Source of the DNA: Eledone cirrhosa
Lineage: Eukaryota
NCBI GenBank assembly: GCA_964016885.1
Contig: OZ024746.1
Span: 17,298,001 to 17,362,000 of the forward strand
Direction: 5' to 3'
DNA length: 64,000 nucleotides
Every line of letters starts with the position of its first letter. The first letter of the stretch is position 1. Of this stretch, positions 42,089 to 54,639 are shown one piece after another. Below the pieces are notes generated by a model. It did not search any database. It worked only from the letters and a program-made list of their open reading frames with translations, and had not been told where the DNA came from. Made by a program: the position numbers and the translations under genes.

Positions 42089-42282
42089 CCCTTTAGCATT
42101 TAAACCGGCCACAATTCCTCACCTCTTTCTGTTCAAACCAGCTGTAACCGGCCGCTCATACCAATATTAAGGTATGATTATCAAAATAAATAATATAAAA
42201 ATCTCATAGATTCGATATTATGTGAGATAATTTTACCATGAAAATATAACAGTAAATATAGAGTAATGTAAATGCTAAAGGG
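42089..42282. mobile_element. Non-autonomous piggyBac-like element
   Basis: TIRs CCCTTTAGCATTTA / TAAATGCTAAAGGG; TTAA on the right, ATAA on the left; second copy ~59438-59646. Confidence 0.65.
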
Positions 42283-42944
42283 TTAAATTGTTCTAAAAGG
42301 CTTAGATCAGCTAAAGTTATAGGAGTTTTTTCCATTTAATGCTTCCCCTCATCCCCACCCTTGAAGGAAGATTTGGTCATGTGATTGTGAAGATAGTCTT
42401 GATTTAGTTGAAGTTTTTTCCCCCACCAAATGTATTCGGAGAGCAAGACCCTGTTTGTGTGTATATATGTATATATACAGGGAGATTTACCTATTATATC
42501 TAGCAAATCATGCAACCATATTAAGCTCACTTGACTGGAACCCCTTGGATCATAAGGTTTCTTAATCAGGACTGACCTGGGGCTAAACAACACCACCTTC
42601 TAACTGTACCCTCCTCTTTCTCTATTCCCTCCTCTCTCTCTCCAGCTTTCTCTTTCTTCCCTCTGTCTCTCTTCCTTTCACTCTCCTTCTCTCTCTCTGT
42701 CTTTCTTCCCTTCACTCTCTTTCTCTCTCATATATCTTGCTTCAACACCTCCAGGCAACCAATTATACATTAAACTAATTGTTTACTTAAGATATGGGAC
42801 TAATGTGTATTTCACTAGCAGTCGTAGTAGTGGTGGTGGTGGCAGTGTATCAAGTTTGTAGTTTGCCATGATCATCCTCTTGTTTAACCCTAGGTCAGTC
42901 CTCAATGTTCAAAGGTATTCCAGTTATGACCTTCCCATCATACA

Positions 42945-43275
42945 AGGTACACGCATGAGGTTTTGAGACTTTTATCAGAGAGACATTTATTGAACTCAGA
43001 TCAACACAAGACTCTCATCTCCCTCAAAGTAGGATCCTCCAACTTCAATACACTTGTGGTAGCACCCCAACCACTTCTGGAAGGCCCTCTTGTAGTCCTC
43101 AAAAGTGAAGAAGGTGTCCAGGGAGCTTGTCACAGACAGCCTCCTTCATCTCTGCCACATCCTCAAAGTGGAGACCCCTGAGCTTCTCCTTCAGCTTCGG
43201 GAACATCCAGAAGTTGTATGGGGCTATGTCTGGACTATAGGGAGGATGAAGGGCAGTCTTGATCCCCTCTACAGT
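42945..43275 (-). mobile_element. Mariner transposase 3' fragment (second family)
   Basis: LHPPYSPDIAPYNFWMFPKLKEKLRG motif. Confidence 0.85.
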
Positions 43276-43394
43276 AGAAATATATAAAAGGTAAAGGAAA
43301 ACATTACTTTGTTTTGTTTTATATGTCATCCATTGCCTTTTATATATTTTCTACCACATTGTACCAGCTTTCTGAAATTTATCAGTCAATAAGG

Positions 43395-43780
43395 GTTTCT
43401 GATTAAGGCAAAAGGTCAACAATTTCAGGGAGGGGTAAAGTCGATTAAATCTACCCCAGTACGTTACCAGTGCTTTATCCCTGTAAGGATGAAAGGCAAA
43501 GCTAATTTGAACTCAGAAATTAAAGGGATGTAACTATATGTCGCAACACATAATTACGTCCCTTTACGTATCTATATGCTGCCCTATCATTTGTCATTTG
43601 TTACAATGATTGTTTCTACTTTTGGCACAAGGCCAGCAATTATCCCAGTGAATTACTGGTGCTTTATTTTATCGACCCCGTAAGGATGAAAGGCAAAGTT
43701 AACCTCGGCAGACCACAAAGGGGTGTAACTCTATGCAGCAAAGCATGTCCGACTCTCTACTGATACTGCCAATCCACTGC
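43395..43780 (-). mobile_element. Two SINE family A copies
   Basis: Shared body. Confidence 0.8.
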
Positions 43781-44428
43781 CCTTTGTTACAATAATGTTA
43801 TCAAAACATGACAGATCTTATATAGTCTATTTATTATTATTTCATCAATTTACTGTCTTTGAGACAAATGACATTCAATTATAATGATTCCTTTCTTCTT
43901 TGCACACTTATTCGTGAGGTTCAAACACTCCTTCCAGTTGGATCCCCAAGTGAGACCAACAGAGCTCATCGATGCTATCCAATGATTCCTAAATACTAAA
44001 TATTGCCAATATATCAAATACCAGTTGTAAACAATTGTTGTCAATATGTATTTGCAATCTTGCCATTTTAAATAAGTATTTTTCAGTTCAGTAAAATTTT
44101 CTTGAAAAAATGTACTTGTGTATAAGGCTACTCCAACGTTTTTTGGTTTAATTTTAGTTCAAACTTTCTTATTATATACAAAATACAGTAAAACAGTACA
44201 TCTCTGATGTTCTCTATCTTTCTCCCCTCTCACTCTCTATCTATCCCCCCTCCCTCTGTCTAACACTCTCTCTCAATGTGCTCCAGTTATTTTATATTCT
44301 CATTAAATAGATAAAACATATTGTTCTAGCTAACCCCAATAACCATTGTTTCCATAGTAACAATATATATATATGTGTGTGTGAGTATTTATATATATAT
44401 ATGATGATGATGATATTGATATATATAC

Positions 44429-44479
<51 letters not shown>

Positions 44480-45550
44480 ATATATATATATATATATATA
44501 TATACATACACAATATATATAGACATACATGTAGATGTTATCAATGGCTGCTATTTGTGTTGTTCAATATATGGCTTTGTGAATCTTTGGAACATGTAGC
44601 AGCATATCAACTTTGTCACTCTGTGTTTCAGACCTCTTTCTCTCTCCTCAAAAATTCCTGACTTTCTATATCTTTGTCTCTGTCTGTCATTTTTCTCTTT
44701 TTTTTGTGTTTGCTTCTTTCTGTCTCTTTTTTGTGTCTGCTTCTCTCTCTCTCTATCACACACCATACCTTTTCCTATATGACCATAGAGACATATTTCT
44801 GTGATATCTATGATCTCAGGACATTGCTGGACTCTACTAACAATGCTTTATTTGATTGCTTGGACACCGTTTATAGTACACACTACTTTAATCATGTTTT
44901 TTAAAAAAGTCTAAATTCTGTCTTGAGCCCAGATCTTCATCAGGCCGGTGCTTATCTCAATTTCTGTGGTAGAAAGTGACTGAGAGTACAAGACTTTCCC
45001 CTGGATAGGATGCCACCCCAGCTATTGTTAGTACTCATTTTCAGCTGAGTATACTGGAGCAACGTGAAATGAAGTGTTTTGCTCAAGAACACAACATACA
45101 ACCCAGTCCAGGAATCAAACCCACAACATTATGATTATAAGTCCAACACACTTACTACTAGGCCACATGCTGCCATTTTATCATGTTACAATGGTGAATA
45201 ATTAAATACAACAGAGTCGTTAGGCTGTTGCATTAAGTGATTTCCACTATCAGTTCTGGTTTACTGCACTTATTGATTTCAAATCCTGCCGAAGTTAATT
45301 CTGATTTTCATTGTTTTAGGGTCGATAAATAAAGTAGCAGTCATGAGCTTGGGGTTTGGTGAAATTGTTAGATGAGAAACTTTGTGATTTCTCTTCTGGC
45401 TTCTTGTGCTCTGAATTCACACATTTTTCACACTGCCCTACCCACACTCATGTGTGGGTGGGGCAGTGTATGTGTATTTTACTCTTATGACACACTTAAT
45501 GATCAATTGGTTCTGTTTGTATATATCTCATAACTGTAATCAGCCTTATG

Positions 45551-45585
<35 letters not shown>

Positions 45586-46080
45586 ATATATATATATTGA
45601 TATATTCCGTTTCTTCCTCTTCTCACTCTTTATCTTTTATTTCTCATTCTGTCTTTTGATGAAGGACTAGTGACCAAAACATTAAGATTCTCTTCCTATT
45701 ATTTCAAGTGTTAAACTAATATATTTCTTCATCATACTGTGGACTAGTGACCAAAACATTAAGATTCTCTTCCTATTATTTCAAGTGTTAAACTAATATA
45801 TTTCTTCATCATACTGCTATATTATTTTTGTTTACTTTTTACACATATATACACACACACTAACACTCATCCACAGATCATTAGAGAAAGAAAGACAGAC
45901 TATACTGTTGCCAGAGAATGCTGACTTCTGGCATGAATGAAATGCTTCTTAATTTTAATTGTATTTCAGAATGATTTTGTGAGAATGTCACATTTGTGTG
46001 ACTATAAAATAGTCCAATATAATATAGATCTCTACATTGAAATTATATATCTAATCATTATTCTTTAAATGTCATTTCAG

Positions 46081-46209
46081 GTTTCAGCTCGGGATGATGA
46101 AATAGAGAGATTGAGCAAAATGTTAAGTGGAGGTCGACCATCAGACACATTGGCCCTTGAGGTCAAAAACAGGGCCAATGAAAAGATGATCTCTCATCTG
46201 AATATCCAG
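46081..46209 (+). CDS. CEP135: CEP135 coding exon 4
   Basis: atttcag|VSARDDEIERLSKMLSGGRPSDTLALEVKNRANEKMISHLNIQ|gtaatg; not in ORF track. Confidence 0.92.
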
Positions 46210-46655
46210 GTAATGAGTCGTTCTCTTAATTTAAATATCTAAAATATATGGAGTAACTTACTGTTAATATGTCTGCAGGTGGTTAAACTTGTGGGCCTAT
46301 GACAAGCTTTTCAATTTTGCTCTATACTCTGCATCTCCCTTCACCAAAGCCTGGCTTTTACTTCCATCTCCATCATATTTAGACATGTTTTTCTTGGTCT
46401 TCCACATTCATTGCCATCACTCCTCTCACTGAATCACTTTTATCCTTCAACACATGACCCAACCATTCATCTCTGACTCTATTCTTCTCACCCAGTCACT
46501 TTCATCCTTCCCCAACAGATGACCCAACCATATCATTCTATTTCTCTTCACACCATTCATCACTGGTTCTATTCCTCTCACCCAGTTACTTCCATTTTTT
46601 CCTCAACACATGACCCAGCCATCTCATACCATACATTCCTCCTCATCATTAACAG

Positions 46656-46871
46656 GTGGATATCTTACAAGAACAGAACCGAGATCTTCAGCAGCGTCTT
46701 CAGGAAAGTTCAATGAAGAGAGATGATGCCCATGAGGAGATGTTGAAGTTAAACAAGAAGAATGCTGACCTTCAGCTGCAGATGAGAAATATTGACCGTA
46801 AAGCTAAACTGTTGCAGAATGACAAGGATTATGTAGTTAAGGCAGCTGACACTGAAATAAATGTAGCAAAA
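46656..46871 (+). CDS. CEP135: CEP135 coding exon 5
   Basis: taacag|VDILQEQNRDLQQRL...KAADTEINVAK|gtaagg. Confidence 0.92.
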
Positions 46872-47665
46872 GTAAGGAGCTTTATTTTGTTTTACTGTTT
46901 AGTCAGGGAGAGAATGGCAGTTCCCATGGCCTTTTTCAAGACCTGTGGGACTGATGGAAGCAAGAGGGTGAGATGGGTAATTGTCATGGCCCTTTTAAAG
47001 ATGTTAAACTGGGTGACTGATTAGGGTTAGGAGACCTAATGATATTCTTTATGATGGTTTAATTCTTTAAAATAAATATCAAATTGAGAAGAATTGTAAA
47101 ATAATATAGAAGGCAACAAATTTGTTGTTATGTCAAATGGAATGTTTTGCAATATTCATTCCAGCTCTCTGTGCTCTGAGTTTTAATCCTGCCAAGATCA
47201 ACTTTGCCTTTCATCCTTTTGAGGTTGATGGAAAAAAAGTTGATTCTTCCTCTATGTCTTTCTCACTTCCTCCCTATCTATCTCTCCTTCTCTGATATCA
47301 ACTATGTTCAAACGTTTGGAAAGGATGGGCTCTGCCAGGTTTAAAACACCCCAAACACACTGTATCACTAAGGCACCCCTGTGATTCCATCAGGAGTTAC
47401 AGCTCCATCCATACACACAAAATAATTTAAGTGCCAGATTTATTTTTGTTAGGGTAAACATAACCGTGTTATATTGATCATAATTACATGTATGATAAAA
47501 GTAGGAGGGGGAGGGTGTTAGTATGGATATTTAATGATATCAGATTTAAATATTATGTGCTAATGATAGTTTCAGATTGAAATATTCTGTTAAAAATTTA
47601 GTTATTATTGGATCATTAATAATGATGGAAATCAATAATGATTGTTTTTTTTTATTTGTTTCCAG

Positions 47666-47731
47666 AAAGAACTACTGAAATCAAGACAACAATTGGAAGA
47701 TTTAGATCGTTGTGTATCACAACTGCAGTCT
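47666..47731 (+). CDS. CEP135: CEP135 coding exon 6
   Basis: tttccag|KELLKSRQQLEDLDRCVSQLQS|gtgagt. Confidence 0.88.
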
Positions 47732-47759
47732 GTGAGTGTTCACTTCCTAGTATATATAT

Positions 47760-48160
47760 ATCATCATTGTTTTTACGTTCATTTTTCCATTTTTCCATGC
47801 TCGGACGGGCCTTTTTCAGTACATATTCTTTCCACTCATTGCGTTCCTTCATTATCATCTCTGTGAGTTTCAGCGATTTGAGATCAGCTCTCACCACCTC
47901 CGCCAAAGTCTTCCCTGGTCTACCTCTTCTGTGACTTTCTTCCACTAGGATTTCCTAGCACTTCCTCACATGTCCATACCAATGCAGTCTTCTCTCTTGC
48001 ACACCACTTCAGCTTCTCCCTCAGTTCATCCAAATTCTGCCATTCTCTCACGTTAACATTGCACATCTAATGACATATGGCTGCTTCATTTCTCTCCAGT
48101 CTATGCATATCATCTGCAGTCACTACCATGCAGCATCACACTCCACACACAGCTGCCATA
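47760..48160 (-). mobile_element. RTE LINE 3' fragment
   Basis: RRGRPGKTLAEVVRADLKSL; homologous to 592-1160. Confidence 0.85.
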
Positions 48161-48422
48161 CAGTTATATATTGTAATTATTCACCAGTTTGAGGGTGGTA
48201 GATTGGTGGAATCACTAGAGCGTCAAACAAATACTTTATAATATTTAGATACAGCACTTTATGTTCTGAGTTTAAAGCTTTGCCTTTCATGCTTTCTGAG
48301 TTGATAAAATAAAGTACTGGGGTTGACTTACTTAACTTTGCCCTTCCCCCAAATTTGCTGTCCTTGTGCTTAAATTAGAAATCAATTATATTTCAATGTT
48401 TTAATAATTTAAAAATTTCTAG

Positions 48423-48573
48423 GAAAACGACCAACTCCATGCAGATATAGAAGATTTAGAAAGCCAGAACAGTAACAAATCCGCTAGTCTGAAGAAACTG
48501 GAGGTATTGCTGGACAAGGTACAAGAAGAGAAACGGCGTATGATACATAAAGTGAATAAATTAACTGCCAATG
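48423..48573 (+). CDS. CEP135: CEP135 coding exon 7
   Basis: tttctag|ENDQLHADIEDLE...VQEEKRRMIHKVNKLTAN G|gtaaga; phase 0-1. Confidence 0.88.
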
Positions 48574-49095
48574 GTAAGAAACCAATGTTTTCTTTTATTA
48601 GCTAACCCTACACTCAATAATTTTCCAGTGTATATGTCTGTCTGTGTGTCTCTGTGTCATCATGTGAGTCTGTTGTGTGTGTGTGTCATCATCATTGTTT
48701 AACATCTGCTTTCCTTACTAGCAAAGTTTGGACAGGTTGACAACAAACCTGGTTGGCTTTGAAGTGGAGCTACTGACTCCAAGGATGGGCTGGGAACCTC
48801 CAACTCACATGTTCCCACACTCTACTGAGTGCATTTTATTGTGGTACCAGCACTATCATGTTTTTCACGCAGCTGAAGAGTCATCCCATTTGTTTGGCAT
48901 ATTTTCTACAACTAAATGCTTTTCCTATCACCAACAACTTTACAGAGTGTACCGGGTGTGTTTATTGTGTAAATCAACAACTGCAAATTTCAAGCTCAGA
49001 GTACTCATTCGTTATACAAATATATTATCAAAGTATTTACATTTTAATTAATAAGTTTTTTTGGTTTTTTTCTTTTACAATTTTGTCTATACCAG

Positions 49096-49370
49096 AGAAA
49101 GAGCTGATTTTAGAGAATGAACAGCTGAAACATAAGGGTCCAATAACTAAAAAAGGCAAAGTCCCACCTCGAGTAGAAAGCCTGATTAAAACACTGGAAG
49201 AGGATCGGAACTACTATCGTGACCAAGCAGCCAGTTTACAGAAACTTATATTAAATGATCCATGTGGAAACAGCAATCGTAAAATAACGAGTAGTTCTAG
49301 GCCTGTTAGATCCAGATCTGCAAGTCCTATTAAAGAACTGATGTCTCTTCCTGATAAACTGGATAAAAAG
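49096..49370 (+). CDS. CEP135: CEP135 coding exon 8
   Basis: taccag|EKELILENEQLK...LIKTLEEDRNYYR...LDKK|gtgagt; phase 1-0. Confidence 0.9.
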
Positions 49371-49629
49371 GTGAGTTGACTTTATTATTTAACTTCTTTA
49401 TGTTCATATTTCTATCAATAAAATTATGATGGAAGGTTTTTAGATATAACACACATTAGTATTACAGCTTCCAGACATTAGATTTAACACATTTAGAATA
49501 TTGTAAGTTAAAGACGACCTTAGATTTAAAGAAATTAGATTAAAATCAAAAAAAGAATGATGAAATCTAATTTTTAAAAAGATATTTTAAGTTTCACAAT
49601 AAAACAAAAGACCATTGAATAAATTATCA

Positions 49630-49635
49630 TTTATT
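49630..49635 (-). terminator. Candidate AATAAA polyadenylation signal of RAD54
   Basis: tttatt on + strand ~80 nt past the RAD54 stop; AT-rich context weakens this. Confidence 0.4.
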
Positions 49636-49717
49636 ATTATTATTTATGGTGGTAGTGGTATGGTTGCATTGGTGGTGGTGGGTGGAAAGGTTGGATGATG
49701 GTACAAACAAATGGCTA

Positions 49718-51937
49718 TTATACAGTTTTTCTTTGTTCGTCATGGGACCTATGATAGAAAATAAAACTAATGGTTGGATGCCATGCCATTTTTAACATAG
49801 TGTCCACCACTCCTTTCTTGTCAGTACCATGATGCCATTGTGAAAGATCAGAATTACAATTAGAATTATCTGGCGGACTTTTCACTTGGATGTTGTTAAC
49901 ACATCGACGACACTTGAATTTATCGTGTGTGTCACTTTTAGTGTCTTCATTCAGTCGGAACAAATGTCTTAAGTCCTCTCGACTAAAATGTCTTTCTACC
50001 TCTTCGTTATCAACCACACAGCTACTTAATGCCTTTTTGTGAGCCTGTCGCTGAAAAATCATCTCTTCTATTGAGCCAGTCGCTACAAGTCTGTAAATAA
50101 AACACTGCTTTTTTTGTCCATCACGCCAGCATCTAGCCATAGCTTGATCGTCGTTAGCTGGATTCCAGTCAGGATCAAACATAATTAAACGATTAGCACC
50201 AATTAAATTAAGGCCACATCCACCAGCTTTACTGCTGAGCATGAAAATAAATTCTGTACTGATTGGTTCATTGAATTTTTCAACAATCTTTGCTCGTTTC
50301 TTCACCGACATCGTTCCATCGAGTCGGACCCAGGAATATTTTCTCTGTTTACATAAATTTTCAAACAAATCTAATGTATTTGTGTAATTAGACACCAACA
50401 CTACTTTATCATTGGTGTTTGCTTTTATCACAGCTAACAGGTAGTCTAACAAGAGGAATTTACCTGATAATTCCGGCAACAAAACTTTCGAGTTGTAATT
50501 TCTAGGAAACACTTGTAGACAGTCTTCAAAGCCTTCCACCTGTTCAACACATTTCTCATAAATTAAATCTGGATGATTACACAGTTTTTTCAATGTGGTG
50601 ATAGCAGCAAGTGAACTTGCAGTCATTTTACCATCTCTGTTTTCAATTAAAGCCTGAGCAGCTTTAGATTTCACAAAGCGTTTGTATAATTCTGTTTGCA
50701 TTGGTGTCATATTACAGCAGATAACCTGCTCAATTTTCACGGGAAGATATTTGGTTAGAAGTTCTTGCGTACGACGTATAATACATCTGTTGACTGTTTC
50801 TAGTAATTCCTTGAGTTTTTCTTGACCCTTTTGTTGATCAGCCTCTGAAGCATCTGCATCCCTTCCTCGCAGAATGGGATTCTCGAAATTCTTCTTGAAT
50901 TCCTTAGCATTTCCCAAAACTCCTTTATTGACAAAATGGACTAAACTGAAATACTCCAGCAGATCATTCTGGATCGGAGTGCCGGACAAGAGTAGTCTTT
51001 TCTCGACATTAAGTTTGTCCAATGCCTGGTAGGTTTGGTTCTGTGAGTTCTTCAGACGATGTCCTTCATCACAAATTATCAGACCAACGCTTCCTTGGTG
51101 AAGAACTTCTGCATGAAGTCGGAATGTCTCATAGGAAATTATTAACACATTGTTTGTGATTCGATAACCTTGTGATCGCATGAAGTGACTTAAATTGCGA
51201 TCAATGTCACTCTTACTACCTGAATCCACTACTAATGGGTTCATTTTACCTGGTAGCCATTTATTGATTTCGTTGGCCCAGTTCTTGACCAAACTGCTGG
51301 GAGACACTATGACAGCCTTGTTAACCATCGGACAACAGTCGGGACTCTGACGAAGCAGTGTCCACATTAGCGTAATACATTGTAACGTTTTTCCAAGTCC
51401 CATTTCATCAGCCATTATACAACCATAACTGTTCTCTATTTGTTGCCCAGTCACACAGTCGTACATAAACTTAACCCCTTCCCTTTGATGAGGACGGAGC
51501 ACTTTAGACAAAAGAGGGTCCACTACCACGTGGACAGGTAATTTCTCAGGGTTCATTTTCACCAGCTCGTGAGCTGATAGTTCAGGTGGAGAATACAGGA
51601 TCAACGCCCCTTCTTCGTCGGGGTCGTGCAAAGAATTCCGAGTCCCTTGTCTGCGAACTCCCAGTTTTTTACTAGAGAGAGTGGCACCTGTATAGTTTAG
51701 AATCGGTATTCGGAATGGCTTTGATAAGATCTTGCGGATAAAAGATTCGTGTTCTGAGTGATTGGGGGTAGTGTGTATCGTCAATTTATTGTTGTGGTCG
51801 AGGGGTGTCAAAGCTGGGCGTTGTAATGAAGATGATGTATCAGGAGATCGACATCTTTTAAACCGAGCGAAGTTGTTAGTGTCGTCAAGCTTACGTTTAC
51901 AATTCGATACTTTACTTGGGGCTAAACTGCGCCGCAT
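49718..51937 (-). CDS. RAD54L: DNA repair and recombination protein RAD54-like, 739 aa, single coding exon
   Basis: Starts MRRSLAPS (conserved RAD54 N-terminus; ATG at 51937); SNF2 motifs [57 protein letters not shown]; C-terminal HDKFKCRRC; uninterrupted ORF. Confidence 0.97.
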   Translation of the reverse strand: MRRSLAPSKVSNCKRKLDDTNNFARFKRCRSPDTSSSLQRPALTPLDHNNKLTIHTTPNHSEHESFIRKILSKPFRIPILNYTGATLSSKKLGVRRQGTRNSLHDPDEEGALILYSPPELSAHELVKMNPEKLPVHVVVDPLLSKVLRPHQREGVKFMYDCVTGQQIENSYGCIMADEMGLGKTLQCITLMWTLLRQSPDCCPMVNKAVIVSPSSLVKNWANEINKWLPGKMNPLVVDSGSKSDIDRNLSHFMRSQGYRITNNVLIISYETFRLHAEVLHQGSVGLIICDEGHRLKNSQNQTYQALDKLNVEKRLLLSGTPIQNDLLEYFSLVHFVNKGVLGNAKEFKKNFENPILRGRDADASEADQQKGQEKLKELLETVNRCIIRRTQELLTKYLPVKIEQVICCNMTPMQTELYKRFVKSKAAQALIENRDGKMTASSLAAITTLKKLCNHPDLIYEKCVEQVEGFEDCLQVFPRNYNSKVLLPELSGKFLLLDYLLAVIKANTNDKVVLVSNYTNTLDLFENLCKQRKYSWVRLDGTMSVKKRAKIVEKFNEPISTEFIFMLSSKAGGCGLNLIGANRLIMFDPDWNPANDDQAMARCWRDGQKKQCFIYRLVATGSIEEMIFQRQAHKKALSSCVVDNEEVERHFSREDLRHLFRLNEDTKSDTHDKFKCRRCVNNIQVKSPPDNSNCNSDLSQWHHGTDKKGVVDTMLKMAWHPTISFIFYHRSHDEQRKTV

Positions 51938-52379
51938 CTTGTATTTATGTGTGTACACCGACTAAATCACTGCCAATATTTCAATGTCTATACAACTATA
52001 TACAGTAGACATACTGTTTAGTCAAGAGTGACCGTAGTGACCATGATACTTTCTAGAGTATCTGAGACTTATGAGACGAAGGGAAGAGAAGGTATACTGA
52101 AGCCGCCAGATTCCCCCGGCTTAAATGTTTACAATAGAGTCTACACCGCTAAAGGCATGCAAGGGCCAGATGGTGGTGGTGGTGTTAAACCGGACGATGT
52201 ATTATGTCTACCGCTTAAGTGTATGTACATATATATTGCGGTAAAGTATTGTTTAACAAGTGGTAATACCCGATATAAACATTGCTTTACGGTGGAACAT
52301 TTTTTCTCGAATGTTTGTTGTTTAAGTGATAAAATAACTACTCACTTTTTCAGTTAACCTAGTCAATAACAACATCAAA

Positions 52380-52440
52380 CATTATCGATAATCGATCTTC
52401 ATCAACAGACGTTGACATTTACGTATTTGCCCGCCATATT
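52380..52440 (-). promoter_or_regulatory. Candidate RAD54 promoter: DRE (TATCGATA 52383-52390) and E2F/YY1-like TTTGCCCGCCAT (52426-52437)
   Basis: Motifs read directly, ~450-500 bp upstream of the ATG in unique, relatively CpG-rich sequence. Confidence 0.5.
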
Positions 52441-52724
52441 TTTTGTAATTTCTAGAACGCCCCCTATAATCATCTGACAATACAGTAGAGTGATCTCCCT
52501 TAACATTCTCCCTTCCTCCCACAGTTTCTCTTTCAATCTGTCTCTATTTCCATTTAATTAATTAATTAATCAAATAAACCATTTTTTTTTCATTGAATTA
52601 TTTAAATTAATTATTTTTTCTTCTTTTTTTTCTTTCATACTTTCTTATATACCGTATATACTGAAATAAATGTAAAATACTCCAATAGTTGTATGTATGT
52701 GTGTATATGCATGAATAAGTGTGT

Positions 52725-52890
52725 ATAATAATAATAATAATAATAATGAAATTGTGTAAAGTGCTCGGGTGCACTCGTCAAAGGTGCATGTATAGTACAT
52801 AGAATAATATACAAATGTCAGGGAAGTGAATAGTGTATGAGTCATGATATACATGTGTATGTGTGTATGGAGGGGTTGGAAGTGGGGAGC
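52725..52890 (-). mobile_element. CR1-like LINE 3' UTR/tail fragment
   Basis: Matches 13745-13897 in reverse; (ATT)n tail. Confidence 0.8.
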
Positions 52891-54639
52891 TATGTCTATT
52901 ATTATTAATAATAATAAAAACAACAATAATAAAAATGATGATTTCCAATGTGAGCACAAAGCCACAAATTTCTAATGAAGGTACAGTCAAATTAACCCCA
53001 ATACTTAACAGGTATTTAACTGTATTTTCAAGTAATGGGATCCAAGAATCACTACTAACTTCTACAGTCACTGAAATTGCCGAAATATTCAGCAGTTTCA
53101 GTGATAGCAACCACATCTCTCAGTAAAGTCCCTGTCATCTTTAAAGTAGTGATCACAATGTTTGAAAGGCTCACAGCTAGATATATGGATCAACTGACTC
53201 GAGGATTAGCCACAGCCAAGTGATAGATCTGGATGTATTACAGCACAACTGATAAAGTTGAATTTCAACAAACCTGTATTGAAAGTTTAACCTTTTTTAT
53301 ACAAACCTGCCTGAGACTACCCCTGGTTCTATGATAGAAAATTGTCCATATTATTGTTTATATTTATAATAAGACCTATCATAATTTCATGTAAGAACAT
53401 TTCTTTCAGTTACAATCTAAACATCTGATTAATAATGACAAAAATAGTTATTTTATTAAAATCCTCCGAATTCTTGATTTTAAAAATAAATTGCAACACA
53501 CGAGCAAGAAATATAGTAAGAAAAGAGTTAAAAATAGATTAAAATAGATTTAAATATAAACTAGAGTCACTGCCAGTAGGGTCACGGTATGTCAAAACTG
53601 TTTATTATAATTGAATAATTTTATTTTGTATGCTCATGTTTATTGTATTAAAGGAGGGAGGGTTAACATTAAGAACAATAAAAAATTTTCCCTGGATTAC
53701 CGTCTGTAAATTGTTAAAATAAGCGCTGTTTAATAGATTTAACAAACTAAATAACAATAATAATATAATCTTGTACTACCAATAAGGTCATGGTAAAATA
53801 TTCCGCAACTATACAGTCAAAAGTGAAGTAAAAATTACTCTATAATAATTTGATAATTCTATATTGTGAACTCATGTACATTGTATTAAAGCTTTGTTGT
53901 TTCTTTTTAATATTAAAACCAATAAAAATGACATCTAGGTTACCTTTGATTTAACAGACATCTTCCTATCTCACTAGTCCCTTAAATCAAGGGTATGCTG
54001 CATTTGTAGGTGAATCATTATAGTAACTGATATTAAAAAGAAACGGGGTGTGATTCCGATAGCAAACTACTTAACTGTGAAATAGATGTGGTATCTACTG
54101 TCAACCAAGTAGACTGAGACTCAGTGTCACAACAGCTGTACCAAGATTATGAACTCATGTTGCCATTTCAACAGTTATTCCCCTCTCCCTAAAGGGTTAT
54201 AATACATTTGTTGATGAGAAAACTAAATTACAGTAGCCAAAATATTATAGAAATGGGACTGTATCAAATGTTCTAAGCAATAATTAATTGGTGTGAATAC
54301 ATAACTTGACTAGAGACACAACACACTGACTACTGCAGAGACTGACTCTCATCTTTGGTTTAATCAGCTATATATCTAAAATCCCTGCCATTATACGGAA
54401 ACATATATGTCGATATATACACTAATGAAATACATTCACTATCATCACCAACTAAAAATGATGAGAGTGTATTTCAGAAGAAAGCATCACTAAGTTATGA
54501 GACATCAGGGGAGGTAACACTGTGTTACACCTCATTGATGTCATTCACAACAGTGATGTCACACCACTGTGATGTCACTGATCATCCTATGATGTCATAC
54601 CACACTGATGTCACACATCAGAGAGGTATGACATTAAAA

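Noticed and set aside
43850-44060. Coding-looking unique stretch in the large intron
   Set aside because: No recognisable homology or consistent splice sites; probably a decayed transposon fragment
51938-51958. N-terminal extension MYTHKYK of RAD54 in the ORF track
   Set aside because: Begins at GTG; the conserved MRRSLAPS start is the ATG at 51937
52028-52357. 109-aa + strand ORF next to RAD54
   Set aside because: GTG start, no recognisable domain; more likely the RAD54 5' UTR/promoter region read on the opposite strand
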